Shown piece by piece: positions 35,200-48,322 of a DNA stretch of 64,000 bases (its first letter is position 1; each line of letters opens with the position of its first letter). Source of the DNA: Fimicolochytrium jonesii. Its lineage: Eukaryota. A program made the translations under genes and the position numbers. A model generated the notes under the pieces. That model searched no databases. It had not been told where the DNA came from and saw nothing but the letters and a program-made list of their open reading frames with translations. The stretch is taken from positions 186,001 to 250,000 of the forward strand of contig NW_026515696.1 in assembly GCF_025526975.1 (NCBI RefSeq). The letters are read 5' to 3'.

Positions 35200-38100
35200 C
35201 TAAGCCCAGACCCCCTCCACACTCCCCAACCAAGGCCTCAACACCCTCATCCACCCATCCAACAACCACGGGATGGCGCGTGTCGCGACGGGGTCTTTCC
35301 AGACGGTCGTGCGTTTTCGTCCCTCTGCCCCGTGTTCCAACCCTTGGGGTGTGATTCCCATCGCTTGTTGTTGTGGTGGTGGTGATAAAGGACCGGAAGA
35401 TGGGGACTGGACATCCCAAAATAATCCGCGAATCTTTTCTTCGACACCCGCGACATCCGGGTCGGTATCATCCACACCGATCTGCGGGACAGGACCCGCA
35501 CCGATCACTTGGCTGGGTGTGATATCGACCTCGTTCGGTTTGGTCGGTTGGGGATCATCGGAAAGGGAGGTCTCGCTCCCGCCAAGGGACTCGAAACTCG
35601 CGATGCTGCGGACGCGTTTCGGGCCGTCGGTCGTACCTTCTCCAGGGATCTGCAACATCCCCGCCTGTCCCACCGGCTCCACCCGTCTCGGTTCGTCTCC
35701 TACTAAACCAGTGGGATCCACCCCCGCTTCAGTCCGCCACACATCCCGCACACCGAATGATGCCACCTCCTCCCCCTCATCCTCCTCCTCCTCCTCATCA
35801 TCATCATCGCCGAAAACATCCGCCAAAGCACTCTTATCGGTCTTTGTCGTCTTCGTCGTTGAGGAAACATCCCCACGGACCCGCTCACGAACCTTCCGCG
35901 ACCTCTTCTCCTCCCTCCGTCGTTTACGTTGCTTCAATTTCTCCAAATCCTCTTTTAGCGCTTTCATATCCACTTTCTCAGAGGAGGGAGTGGTGGAGGC
36001 TGAAGTGAAGATGTCGGCGAACTTCACAACCCCGCCAACCCGTCCCGTGAAAAACCCAGCAAGGACTTCGAACCAGTCGGAAAACGTCACGTCCCTTTTG
36101 GGTCCTTTGGTGCGCGGAGTCGCACTTTGTGACTTTGCAACGTCGATGGTAACAGGCGCCAGATGCATCCCCTGCGCGATATTCCGGACATGTGTGAACA
36201 GCCGGTGTTCGTGACGCGCGAGGAGGGTTTGGAGGGGGAGTGTTTGCGGGTGCGGTGCGTCGTTCGTGGTCGGACTTGAAGACCCTTCCTCCGTGGCCGA
36301 TGGTGGGGGAGGAGCCGTTGACGATGTGGGGGTGGAAAATACAGGTTGTGCCGGAGGAGCGGGTTGTTGTGACCGCATCTCATCCAACGTCAATATTAAG
36401 TCGTCTATGAACTTCGCTGCGTCTCGTACAATGCTCGCCGGGTCCGATGCCTTCATAAAAAGACGACGTCATCAGTCCACTTACCCCACACACACCCGCA
36501 CCCACCCAAAGGCCAAAAACCCACCTTGTAAACCCCACTCAGCGGCCCATACAGTATGTTTAGGACACAGCGCGCAAACTCCACCGTCGCTTCATCTGCT
36601 ACCACTGCTCGGAGCTGGTAGTATCGTCTCATGCTCCACAACAACTCCAACAGTTTTTCAACTGCTAGTCGGTGCGGGTGCGTCGGCGGGAGGGAGGCGT
36701 GGGGACCTAGGACTTGCGGTGTTTGGTCTTTGAAAATTATGTGATTTAGTGGAGGTGGGGGAATGGTGTATTGAGATGGGAAGGGGGGATGATACAAACC
36801 TTCGGAGTAACCACCCTGGGGAGCGTTATCGACGACATGCGTTCCCCGCGCGATGGTATCAGGGTCGAGGAATGATTTGACGTATGTGAGTTCCTTCTGA
36901 GCGATGGCCAGTTCGTCGTCTATGTTTGATATTATCACGCTGAGTCAAAAAACAACAGGAGTGCTCAAGTTAGATATCCGTGCAGCCCCTCCTAAGGAAG
37001 GAGAAGTAAAACCAACCTCTGAAGTATACACCACCCTCCGAACGGCCTCACCAGCACCACATTCCCGACGGCTTTGACAACAGCAACCGCATTCGTCCCC
37101 CTCAACACCGCCGCCCAACTCCTATACGGCGCGCCTTTATGAAAATGCCTCAGTCGTCTAAAATGCTCATCCGCGCGATCGTGCGCGACGAAGGTGCGGT
37201 AGATTGATGCCGAGGCGCAGAGTTTCCACCAGGTTATGGTGGTGCGGATGTGAGGGGGTAGGTCGGTTGTTTCTTGCGCTGTGGAGATTGTGGTGAGGAG
37301 GGTGGGGAGACCACGGGGGGCGAGGAGGAGGGTTTGGAGGTGGGAGAGGGCGGAGAGGATCTCGTTGGCACGTTGTTCTGTTTGGGTGTGGGTTGTGGGA
37401 GGGAGGGGGAGGGGGTCGGATTGGTTGAGGAAGTCACGGAGGATGGATGTGGGTACTTTTGCAGCCGCATTCAAGTATTCCGTGTATTTTTGTTTCAACT
37501 GGTCCCATGTTTCCGGGGTGACTCGTGAGTAAGGTGGGGTAGGAGGTGTGGGTAGGGCGGGTACCGAGATGTTGGGGCGACGGATGAGTTCCTTGTGGAG
37601 GTGTTTGAATGAGGCGTAGTCGCGGTGGGCGGTGCGGGTGCGGGTCTTGTTGAGGGTGGAGGTGAGGGTGAGGGTAAAGGATTCGGAGGTGCGGAAGAGG
37701 TGTTTTGTGGTTGTGGGGGTGAGGGTGGTGGCGTGGATGGACGTGAAGTGCGGGTCGCTTGCGGAGGGTTCTTGGGTGTCGGTTGTGAGAGACGTGCGGC
37801 TTTTGGTTTTGGGAGCTGAACCCTCTTCGACGGGAACGTCTAGCTTTTCGGCCTCCTCCACATCGGTCCTAACCGCTTTACCCAACATCGCCGCCAATGT
37901 ATCCAACAACGTATTCGCAATCATATCCCGTTTCGCCATATGCGCTTTTGTGCCGCCGGAGTCGACACGGGAAAGTATGATACCCAGGAATGTGCCAATC
38001 GTACGCCACGCGCCTTCAGCGCCGCCGTCTGCGGCTGCGAGAGGAGGGAATGTTAAGAGGAGGGTGCGGAAGAGCGGGGCGAGGAGGGGGAAGCGTGTGT

Positions 38101-38565
38101 CGGTGTCGGGGGAGTCGAGAAGGACGGCGATGGTGAGTGGGTCGGAGAGGATGTCGGAGATTTCGATGCGGAGGCGGCGGGCGAGGAGTTCCTTTTTGAG
38201 CACTAGGGAAGGGAGTAAGGGGGGTGCGTTAGACAAGTGCGTGTATGTGAAAAAGGGTATGGACGAGAAGGACAATTCGTTCTCTTCAACGGCTGGCGAA
38301 GACAATAAGTTGGTAGGAGGATCGGAAGCGTTCGTGCGACACTTCACAAACGCGAATCCCATCTTCCTGACGGCCACCAGCAACAGCGAACCTGGGCCTC
38401 AATCACTCATCTCCCCCGGCAGTCCCCTTCAATCCTAAACCGCCAAACCCCCTCGTTTTCTCCACAAACACACTCACAGTGAACTTCCTCGACAGACAAC
38501 GTTACTTCCGCGGCCTTCTCATTGAGGGCTTGCGGGGCGGCCACCGATGCGATGTGCGTTGACAT
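35200..38565 (-). CDS. PX-domain protein of the YPR097W/Lec1 type (PX-associated, PX, DUF3818), multi-exon
   Basis: EEVH.LKKELL N-terminus, PX-like HRDYASFKHLHKEL..P...P.LP, and DUF3818-like IYRTFVAHD.A.EHF..LR.FH...PY......LR..N........V.LVRPFGG..ILQR. Introns lie at about 38205-38477, 36940-37015 and 36455-36485. Confidence 0.8.
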
Positions 38566-39753
38566 GACTTTCGTGGGCGACGTCAGTGAGGCCTACGAGC
38601 GGAATCTTTTTCCGATTGGAGTTGTGAAAATTGAATACTGGCGGTAACTACTGGAATGGGTATATCTGTCGCAGCGTCGGTCCAATAGAGTATTGTACAG
38701 TATATGCGGTTGCTGCTGTGTTTACGCCGCGTGATGTTGCTGCTTGCCAAGTGGCGATGGTTCCGACTGTCTGGAAGGTTGCCTGGCAATGGGGAGAACA
38801 TTCCACAATCGAACTTCCAACTGAATATCGCAGCCATGATGTCACCCCCGGCTCAGTCATTGAATTATCATCCATCATCGGGGCTGTTGGAGATCACTCA
38901 GGTGACTTGAATATTCCAACACGCGCATCACGTAATCATCGGGCTCTCGCCTTTCTGACTGGCTCCCCGCGCAGCGATCCTGAAACAATTCAATTTTCAT
39001 CCCCCCCCGTCTTTCCCAACAAAGACGCCCCCCTTCCACCCTCCTGTATGTTCAAGTCGCACCAGCCGTCCCAGCTTGTATAGTCATGATTTTAGCTTTT
39101 CCGGGCACTCGCACAAGCCGGCAGTTCTCGCTCGTGCATTTGAAACGCAGGCAAATCACCCCCTGCAGGGAGGAGGACATTGGCGTGTTTCAGAGGGGGT
39201 GGGTGTCTATGACAGACAGGATGGGGGGGGGGGGGGGAATAACTGATTGGACGCACAAGCGCAGAGTGAAAAAGTCTGCAAGCGGTGCAAAAAGGCACAG
39301 CAAGCGAGCAACCAACCAGTTGAAACTCAGACGCCAGACGGGGGGGGAGGGGGGGTTTGGGATACCACCGCCAGTGTGAGACATAGTATAGTAGTAGTAG
39401 CAGTAGTAGGATAGTATCTCGCTCAGGCAAAAGAGCGAAAAGGCCGTAGTAATGGGAGGCAGCGTGGGAGAAACCTCCCTGGCTCAGCACCCGCCGGCCT
39501 CGTTCGGGAAGAGGTTTTGGCGTCCTCTCGCACCCCTCCCCTCCCCACCCGCAACTACTCTTGTCGCCGCCCGCACAGCACAGCACGCTGTCCCCGTCCA
39601 GCTGAGCTTCCCTTAGTTGACTCCCATTCGCATAAACTTCCCACTCTCACACCAACGACGACACTCGCCATAGTACGATCTATCTGAGTAGTGGTCCCAC
39701 GTCCGCATAGTCCAGTAGAAGGGCACGCACGGTCCAGCAAGCGTCCACCAACC

Positions 39754-41713
39754 ATGTCGTCCACCGCCGCCGCTACCGCCGCAAGTAGTGATACCCCTGC
39801 TGGTGCTGCTGCTACGGGATGCTTCCAGCTTACAGGGTCAACCGCTTGTCCGGATTTAAGTGGGATGTGTAAGTATGAGATACCGAGGTGGGATTGGTCG
39901 TGGGAAGACGGCGAGCGCGGGGGATCCAATGCGCTTGTGGATGCGCTTGCGAGGGGCGATTGTAGGGAGAGAAGCAAGGTCTAGGGGATGCCTGAGGGCT
40001 AACGCAGTGAAGTTGCGAGCGGAGGGTGTTTCGCGCAGGCGCACGAGACCTGGGAGCGCGCAGCGAACGGTCGTTTTCACTGTGGGAGTTGGGAGTTGGG
40101 AGGGTCGTGGGAAGGTGCTGTGTGTCGATTCAGGGGGCCTGGCAAAATGGACATCTGGACACCCATCGCTCAATGACTATCTCTTTCTCTTTACAGATGT
40201 CGCACCACTACGGAACGGGTTCAACGATGTGGCCACATTCGACAAGTACATCGTCAGCAATACGAAGCCCTCGCCGGACTACATCTCCACCTTCAGATCC
40301 GCATTCTCCTGCCCAGCGTTCGACGGTACGGGCCAACGCTACGCCACATCCGTGCAATGCTTCTTCTTTGTCGCCAAATCCGGATGCGCCGAGAACCCGA
40401 ACCCGCTCCCCGCCTCCGACACCCTCTGCCAAGCCCCATGCCAGCAGAACGTCGCGGCCAACCGAGCCATCCTCTCCAACACCACCCTCTGCACCTCCAA
40501 CCCCGCCGCCGCCGCCGGCACCAACCGGAAAGACCTCACGGCCATCGAATCCTTCTGCTCCACCCTCCCCACCACATCCAAATGCTCCAAAGGCCTCCGC
40601 GCCGAATTCGCTACCTGCGGATTCGCAACCCCGCTCGAAGCCCAACGCTACTGCTCCACCCAAACTGGGAAAGCCGACCCTTGCTGCATCATGGTCGCCT
40701 CCACCGCAGCCATGTCCGCCGGCGACCCGGGCTCTTTAGTCGACCCCATCAGCGCCACCCCTTACATCGCCTCAGGCCTCGCACTCGGCGGAATGCTCCT
40801 GGGAGCCACTCTCTTCTTCTTCTACGTCAAAGTCCGCCGCTGGAGAAGTGTCACAACCACCGCGATCCAACCAGGCGAGAACGAAATCAAGCCGGGCACG
40901 ACGCTCGGACGTACGGGTACGGTCGTCCGTGGCCGCATGGACGCCGAAGACGGCCCTTCCTCCTCCCGGGGAAGGTTCATGAACACTGTCCGGAAATCCT
41001 TCCTCGGGCCCGCCCGCTCGACTACAATCTCCCCCGCCGCACCCGGATCAGGACCAAAACAACAGTCACTGAACCGTCCACCGCTTCAGTCCCTGAACCG
41101 CCAACCGCCTATGTCCATGTACTCCGACTTCAACCCCTCCTCCTCCAACAACAATGGAACGTATCAACGCAATTCCCCCACACCCCCCATGCCAGCCATC
41201 CCACCCCGTGTACGTAACGCACCCCCGGAATTCTCGCTCCCGGTCCTCCCAACCCAACCGGCCATGATGGAAACCTTCGAGAACCGCGCACCCTCCATCC
41301 TGCCCCTCGCACAAACAATGACGGTAGTCCAGACTTACGAAGCACAAATGGGCGATGAACTAACGTTGAATATTGGGGATGTTGTTAGCGTGGATGAGGA
41401 GTTTGATGATGGTACGTCTTATATATCATATCCCCTTCCCCCTGTCTTGCCCCCCTCTAACACCTATCTATTTATATCATTAGGCTGGGCAGTCGGAACA
41501 AACCACACAACCTCCACCATCGGCGCATTCCCACTCTCCTGTCTCGAGCCGGCCTCCCCGCAGCCCTACCCGGGTGACAACAGCGATGAAATGGATCCGA
41601 GTGTGCGCGCATCGGAGTTCTTCTCGGCGTACGCGAGGCGAAGTATGCGGGATGGAAGTGGGGTTGTGAGGGAGCGCGGGGTTAGTTTGGTTGGGATGCC
41701 TAGGGGGAGGTAG
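39754..41713 (+). CDS. Cys-rich ectodomain, single TM, C-terminal SH3-domain membrane protein
   Basis: CFQLTGSTACP, a Cys-rich region, TM segment YIASGLALGGMLLGATLFFFYV, and SH3 VVQTYEAQMGDELTLNIGDVV.V.EEFDDGWA.G.N.....GAFPLSCL. Introns lie at about 39868-40197 and 41412-41483. Confidence 0.85.
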
Positions 41714-42422
41714 ATATCTTTGAGGACACGGCGTAATTGGGGACGTCGGCCCGTGACATTCCTATCATGAAGCAGACATATCCACCCACCGCATCATCAT
41801 ACATTTGTACATTCTTCTTCGACACCCCATGATCTGAACATCAACCACCATCTGTACATTTCTTCATCTGTCCCAACAAATCTTTCTGTAACCACTTGTA
41901 TATAGACAGAACAACATATAAACATGAACTTTTTTCAAGCTTTGTCGCGAATGTGTTTGAGGCTTTTTCGGGTGTGAGTTATCGGTTTGTGTTGTTGTTG
42001 TTGGAGGCGGTTACGAGAGAGAAGACAGGCAGCCACCCATGGGGGCACTTGGAAGTTTTCCGACAGCACCAAGGCTCGAAGCTGACCTCTCAGAAAGAAT
42101 CGGAAGGTGAGCTTGGATGTCCGAAAAACCGTGAGTTGTACACGGACCGGGGGGGGAGGGGGGGGGGGGGGGCGGGGCAAGACTGAGCGGAAGAGCAGGA
42201 GGGGAGGGTTCGATATGTCTCCTCGCAAATGAATGGAAACGATGGAAAGGAAGGAGCTGCGACAAGGTACAGTACACTGCGTATCCCGTCTACAGCCACA
42301 CACACCCATCCAAACACCATCTCTCCATGTCCAGAAGGCCATCGTCAGCAGGAAATGTCCGTGCGTGCCGCGTATTGGAGTTAACCAGGTTCAGTGGGAC
42401 GATCGTTTCGGACACTCATCAA

Positions 42423-42827
42423 TGTCCGAAAACGCGAACCTGACGCGTGAACAAAGACATGGGCCCTTTTCCCGTGTTTTTTTCTCATCTCCCTGTGCCA
42501 CGCACGCATTCACCAACCATGTCAGTTGTGTGTCCACGCTTTGTCAAGTGACCGGGCGTAATCTAGAACCTGATATATACCCAGCATTCGTCAAGCAGCA
42601 TTTCGGACGCTGGTCCAAACTGCGAAAGTTTCGGCTGCTGATTCACCGAATGGGGGAAGGGGTCCGATACACTCATAAACGCATTAAGAACAACCCCCTG
42701 CTCATCCGCCTTCACCCTGGGCGCGTATCGTTTGGTTACTTGTCCCAGCTATCTGTCCGAAAACGCGAAACTGACGCGTAAAGGACGGTGGGTGTGGGCA
42801 GATAGAAGAGGGCCCCCCTTCCCCCAC

Positions 42828-42858
<31 letters not shown>

Positions 42859-45800
42859 ACACGCACGGTATGTTCTTCACAGTGGTCTGGTGGACTCTGC
42901 CTGTGGTGCGCCCCGATCGCTTCGTAAAATCGATATTTCCGATCCGTAAAATAAATACCATCGGCCACTTCGGGAACTTTACCGCAGCGAACTTAGGGCA
43001 TGTGTTCCCACAAGCTTGTAGCCCCCGAACACGCGAAACTGACGCGTGATAGTCGGGCTGCCTCCTCCTTTCGCCCTTCCCTTCCCTCCTCATTTCCACA
43101 GGGTATTGTAATAACACACCGCCACGGAAATTCCACTCATCAACACCGATACTGCATCTGTAAGTCCGTCCAAAAAGCGTGAGTAAACCGCTCGTGATTA
43201 TCCCCGCTTTTGAAATAGTTCGTGACATTATTGACGCTGTTGAAGACCTAATGCAACCACGGTCTCAGACTAGTCTCGCTCTGATGCCTCAAATGTATAT
43301 GACAAACTGTGTGTGTGCGCCGCATATCGTAATTAGGGAAGGAGAACCTTGTCCGAAAACGCGAACCTGACGCGTAGATATTTGTTCGGACCACCCCCTC
43401 TCGCCTCCCCGCCTGTCCTTCTCCCCACCCCCTATCCTTCAAGTTGATGTAAGCAATCCGTTACGGGTATCTCATTCGTCATCACATCTGTACATGTAAC
43501 TCCATGGTGAAAGACCCCTTTGTCCGAAACGGAATGCGTACCACGGAGAATTCAACTCCGAGACGGCTCTTCCGGCAAGATAGGACTGGGTGCGTCCCGA
43601 CTCCGAGACCCCAACTCGCTGTAAAGAACAAGATGGTGCGAGTCCCCTGCAGCAGCAGTGCATGTCAGATGTACATCCCCCAAATCCAGTGAATGAGTCG
43701 GGTCGTGCGTTGGAAGATTTGTATGCGTTTAAAGAATGATTGCAGGAACAGAGTGCAGAAAAAATATGGTCTAACCCCTAAGGGTCGCCTCGAAACAGAA
43801 AGTTCACTTTTTTCCATCCGTTTTGCGGCCCCTGAAAAGAAGCAATAGCCGGCACACGTAAGATGCAATAGCCCGTCGCAGCCGGCAGTTTCTTTCGCCG
43901 TCCTTTCTTGTACCTCTCTCTCCCAAACCTGATATCAATGGAAGCCGCCGGAGGAGCCGAGGGTTGCAAAGACTTTTCACCGTTTGAAAAATGGGTGTGA
44001 CCGCCATACCTCCTGAGGTCTTTGAGGCAGGCAACCTGACAGGCAACCTGACAGGAGACGACAGGAGTGCAGTCGTCTTAGGCCATCTGAGGGACACCAC
44101 GTGACACGCACCTATTCCACCCCCATGTTTTGAGTAGTTTGGAGTGATCTCTCGACCTTTTTGGCGTACCTGATGTGGTCAACCGGCGCATCAGCTCTAG
44201 ACGGCGGCAAATAGTCATAGACATAGATAGCTCTGAGGTTGGAAGGCTCCCGTTCTTTTGGTCACAAGGATAGCTTATAGCGTCTATGAGCCATACAGAC
44301 ATCAGCAGAGCTTGGGAGTAGTTGCGGCTAAATTGGAATGAGCTCAACCTCCATCATTGTGCACCCCATGCATCCGTTTCTTCCGATAATGTGCCCAACA
44401 CAATTGGGAACTTTGTCCGAAAACGCGAAACTGACGCGTGGATGGGCTTAGTCAGCGCAGTACGTTTGCCGGACGACCATACGTCATGTTTTTCGCAGAA
44501 TGGGTCAAAGGTGGAGAGGGCACGGGCAGAAGATCTGGAAGGGGGGAGGGGGGCGGACAATCCGCACCAGCGGTACCGATGTCTCGACACTCCCCACTTT
44601 CACGTCCAAAGCTCGCGCTGTCGGGGGTAAAACAGGGAGTGCATAACCCTTAAGGGGGTGTTAGCACACAGATGATAAAAAACGATAACCCATCCGTCTG
44701 CGTTCCTGTACGAAATTTGGGAAGGCCCCACCGTACGGAACTTGAGTCGGGAACGCCTCTTCGAGCGTGTCGGAAGACGCCACAATCTGGGTTGGGTTGG
44801 TCAGTTCCGTCCTGCTTTCGCCTTCACTTTCCCTTCCTGCTGCCCGGCCCCTTTCTCTCACACCACCCTCTGATAAGTGCGCCACGGAGAACCTTCACTC
44901 TCACTACGAAAATCGTGTACCGCGCATATATCAAGCAAACCATGTAGTCCGAAACGCCGAAACAGACGCGTCCGTGTGCTGAACGGGTGTTTGTACAAGA
45001 GGCAGAGGGGAGGAAGCCCGGCTGTTCATTCACCTTGACGGTATCCGGGACAGTTAAGAATTATGCACTCATGCCACGACTACCCAGTCCCATAGGCCCT
45101 TCCACTTCTTGCTTTTCCCAAGAGGTTCGCCCAAAACGCAAAACTGACGAGTGAAAGGGGGCCTCCTTCACATTTTACCATCACCCCTTTCCCCTGTTCA
45201 CCCCTTGCACTATGCGCCACTATCCATACGGGAACTGGCAAATGCGGTGTGCATTTGAGGGAAAGCAGGAAATCCCCTTCCCCAAGACGTGAACCTGACA
45301 CGTACGTCAATGGGACTACTTTGGAGTCCGTGGGGTTTTCGAGACAGCCGCTCTCCGCCGAGTGTAAACCACCAAAGGTCGGCTGACAATATTTACAAAG
45401 CACGGGCACTGCCCGGGCCAGTCAGAAATGGGAGGATTCACTCATGAACGGCAATGTAACCTCGTTTTCCGGTGGGTGATCGAGGACCTGACCCCGTCTG
45501 GTTACTTCGAACTATTGTCCGAAAACGCGAAAGTGACGCGTCCAAGAGAATGGTTGGGAAAACACAAGAAGGTCGCTCCCTGCCGCTGTGTGCGAGAAGT
45601 TCGCTCGGGTCATTAACATCTTGGGCCCCACCCAGGCCCGTCACGATGTGGATGATCCACCTATGAGCAGACTGCGATTCCCACTGCTCCACCCCTTTTG
45701 CTTTCATCGGGGGCTGGGCATGTGTGTTGTCCGAAAATGCGAAACTGACTCGCTTTCTGAGCGCGAGCGGTATGGCGTATTCCGGATGGTGTGGGTATAT

Positions 45801-48322
45801 ATATATATATATAGATAGTTGCTAACTACGTACGCTACCCGTGTTTGCTATCCACGCTACCTTTAAGCACACATACTTTAATTGTTAAGTGGATGGAAAC
45901 TATAACTTGCAGCCCCAGTTAGGGTTAGGGTTAGGATTAGGGTTAGTAACACCCAGCCCTAACCGGCCGAAGGCCGCCCCAAGCGGAGCGTGTTGTTATG
46001 GTAGGTTAGTTACCCAAAAAGTCACCAAGTCTATGTCGCTTATTATAGTGTGAAGTGGAGGGTAGCGCGGTTAGCAAATTCCGTTAGCAACTCCCTATAT
46101 ATATGTACATATATATGTGTCTCACACATGTAAGGAGGACAGTGGGAACTATGCGGTAACGAAAGAAGTTGGTCGCTTGGGCAAGCGGATCCTCAGATCC
46201 GCGTAGAAAGGCCTGTGCGTCTCTCAACAGAAAGTGTCTATAACCATCCAAGATCGAAATCTAGGAGCCGACGCGTTCGTTCGCGGGCTTACATGGGCTT
46301 TTCGTACATTTGCCATCAAGCACCTCTCCCAACACGTCCCACACCACACACCGTGCGATCCACATAACCAGGTTGCGAAATCCCGGCGGATCAACTCATC
46401 TGAAAACGCGAAACTGACGCGTACATCCAACGGCCTGATTACACGTAGGCTGCTCTCTCTCCTGCTGCCAATCAAACAGTCCGCATTCTCGTATGAGCGA
46501 GTGAATATGTATGTGTCCCGTACGCCTCCATTGAGTCATGAGGAAATTTGCGACCGCCCGGTCGGCTGCCCCAACTGTCGTCCGAAAACGCGAAACTGAC
46601 GTGTAAATCGGTATGATCTTTCAGCCCTAGCCTGTCGGTTCACGGGCGGGTCACAATCGGCGTGTGTATATGTACATCTATATTCAAAAATAAAGTGCGA
46701 TAACGGCCGGGCAAGCCAGTTAGCACATCCCACCCGTGCAGATGTAGTCTATGCCTGAAAACGCGAAACTGACGCGTCAACAATACTGTGGTATTTGAAC
46801 CGCCCTGTGCAATATAGGAGTTGACTCGCCTATGCCCTGTGGGCCAGCCGTAAATACTCTTTCCACTCAAACCTTCCGCCTCCGGCCGCGCTTCCCCGCT
46901 CCCAGCAGGTCGACGAGATGTGTTTTCCCGAACTGTTGTCCGAAAACGCAAAACTGGCGCGTTCTGTACATGTACATTTCTGGCGTCTTTCGCACGGCGT
47001 AGGTGGTAATGTCTTGATTCCGCTGCTGGGCAGTGGGCAGATAACAAAACGCACAATGTACAGAGGCCCTCGTTGAGTTTGCACCCCGAGCACATTGTCA
47101 AAAAGTCTTACACACCTAAACAAAGGGCTTGCGGTCAGGGCATGGATCGGCCCCACTAACGTGTTTACGAGGGGTGGTATCACTCTGCCCCGGTGAGCTG
47201 CCAATTCACTGCGGCTTTTAGTTGGAGCAGTCCTCAATTTTGAATCTCCCTCTCCACATTTCAACTTCTGTCAGAAAACGCGAAACTGACGCGGTCAGCC
47301 TGTGTGCGTCTTTAGGCTGACTGGTCAGCCTTGTGTGCATCTTTAGGCTGACTGCGTCCGCCGGAGTTTGCATGCGTTGGCTGTAGGTCGGCCGGAGGAA
47401 AAGGAGCTTCACTGTCATCTGCCAGCAGAATGTCCGAACACAACATCTCCGCCTGTCCGAAAACGCGAAACCAACGCGTCGCCCGATGAAGCTGAGAAAC
47501 CCGCCAGAAAGAAAATTACCCGCCGGCCAAAGGAGAGACAACCGGGTGCCTTCCTTGCTCCTCTGCTGCCCTTCACGCCCTTTCCCAACGGAAGCGCAAG
47601 ACTGGATGCGTTCGTTGAGGCGTAAGTCTCGGCTCCAGATCAAACGCTTCTTGTCCGAACAACCCGACACTGGCGCTTGGTCTGCGGGCATTTTTCAACG
47701 CGCCTGTGAAGCGGGGTGAACCGTTCCACACCACTTCTCCAGTTGCTCAATCCGTATGAAGTCCGATTTACGGACTTACTCACTTGGCGTTGCATACAGT
47801 CTGTCCAGTTAAAGCGTCATCGAATATAACGGGAGTGCTCTGACGGTTGACGTTTTTGGTTCCCGCCTGTCCGAAACGGCAAAAACGCGAAACCGACGCG
47901 TCCTTGGAGAAACTCGGACATCGTTCATGCTTTCCGTCCGAAGGCACCGTAACGGAAAAAGACAGAGGAAGGGCCACGGAACTTGTTGTGGGCACATACG
48001 GGGTGGTTCTTGTCACAGAATGTGAGAAAGTTGCGCGATTCCCGCGCCCATAACTTTGGTCAGTCCATTCGATCCGCTGTCCAGAACCTCCAAGACGCGA
48101 AACTGACGAGTCGGATGGAACCCGCTCATGCGTTTCCAGCGAAGGATCGACAAGGACGATATGGCAAAGGGAAGGGCCGGTGTAGTGAGCGTGTCCAGGG
48201 TCAAGTGACGGGACAACCCACCGATCATCCTCCAACTCGAACGCGAGACTGACGCGTCTCTCCCAGCCTCGGTCCGCTATTGTGAATTTGTGAGAAGTCC
48301 AAAGAACGCGAATCGGACGCGC
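42423..48322 (+). repeat. Interspaced direct-repeat array: about 21 copies of TGTCCGAAAACGCGAAACTGACGCGT with unique spacers
   Basis: Copies start at about 42423, 42754, 43022, 43350, 44414, 44946, 45127, 45278, 45516, 45728, 46397, 46579, 46752, 46937, 47269, 47454, 47652, 47868, 48086, 48232 and 48296, all on the + strand. Weaker copies lie between them. Confidence 0.95.
45814..46095. mobile_element. MITE-like element in a (TA)n tract, with internal TTAGGG repeats
   Basis: Imperfect TIRs gatAGTTGCTAAC..tttgctatccacgctacc and ggtagcgcggttagcaaa..GTTAGCAACTccc, flanked by TA runs on both sides. gttagggttagggttaggattagggttag lies at 45918-45946. Confidence 0.7.

Noticed and set aside
42423..48322. 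Calling the repeat array a CRISPR array
   Set aside because: Spacers are far longer and more variable (about 40-1000 bp) than CRISPR spacers, the repeats are degenerate, no cas genes are present and the context is eukaryotic.
42423..48322. Hammerhead ribozyme or C/D snoRNA reading of the motif (GAAAC...GTH, CTGA)
   Set aside because: There is no CTGANGA core plus stem II upstream of GAAAC, and no consistent RTGATGA C box paired with the CTGA.
19980..48322. Functional link between the Fanzor and the repeat array as a guide array
   Set aside because: They are 20 kb apart with host genes between them. I see no similarity between the motif and the Fanzor 3' flank, and this Fanzor copy is inactivated.
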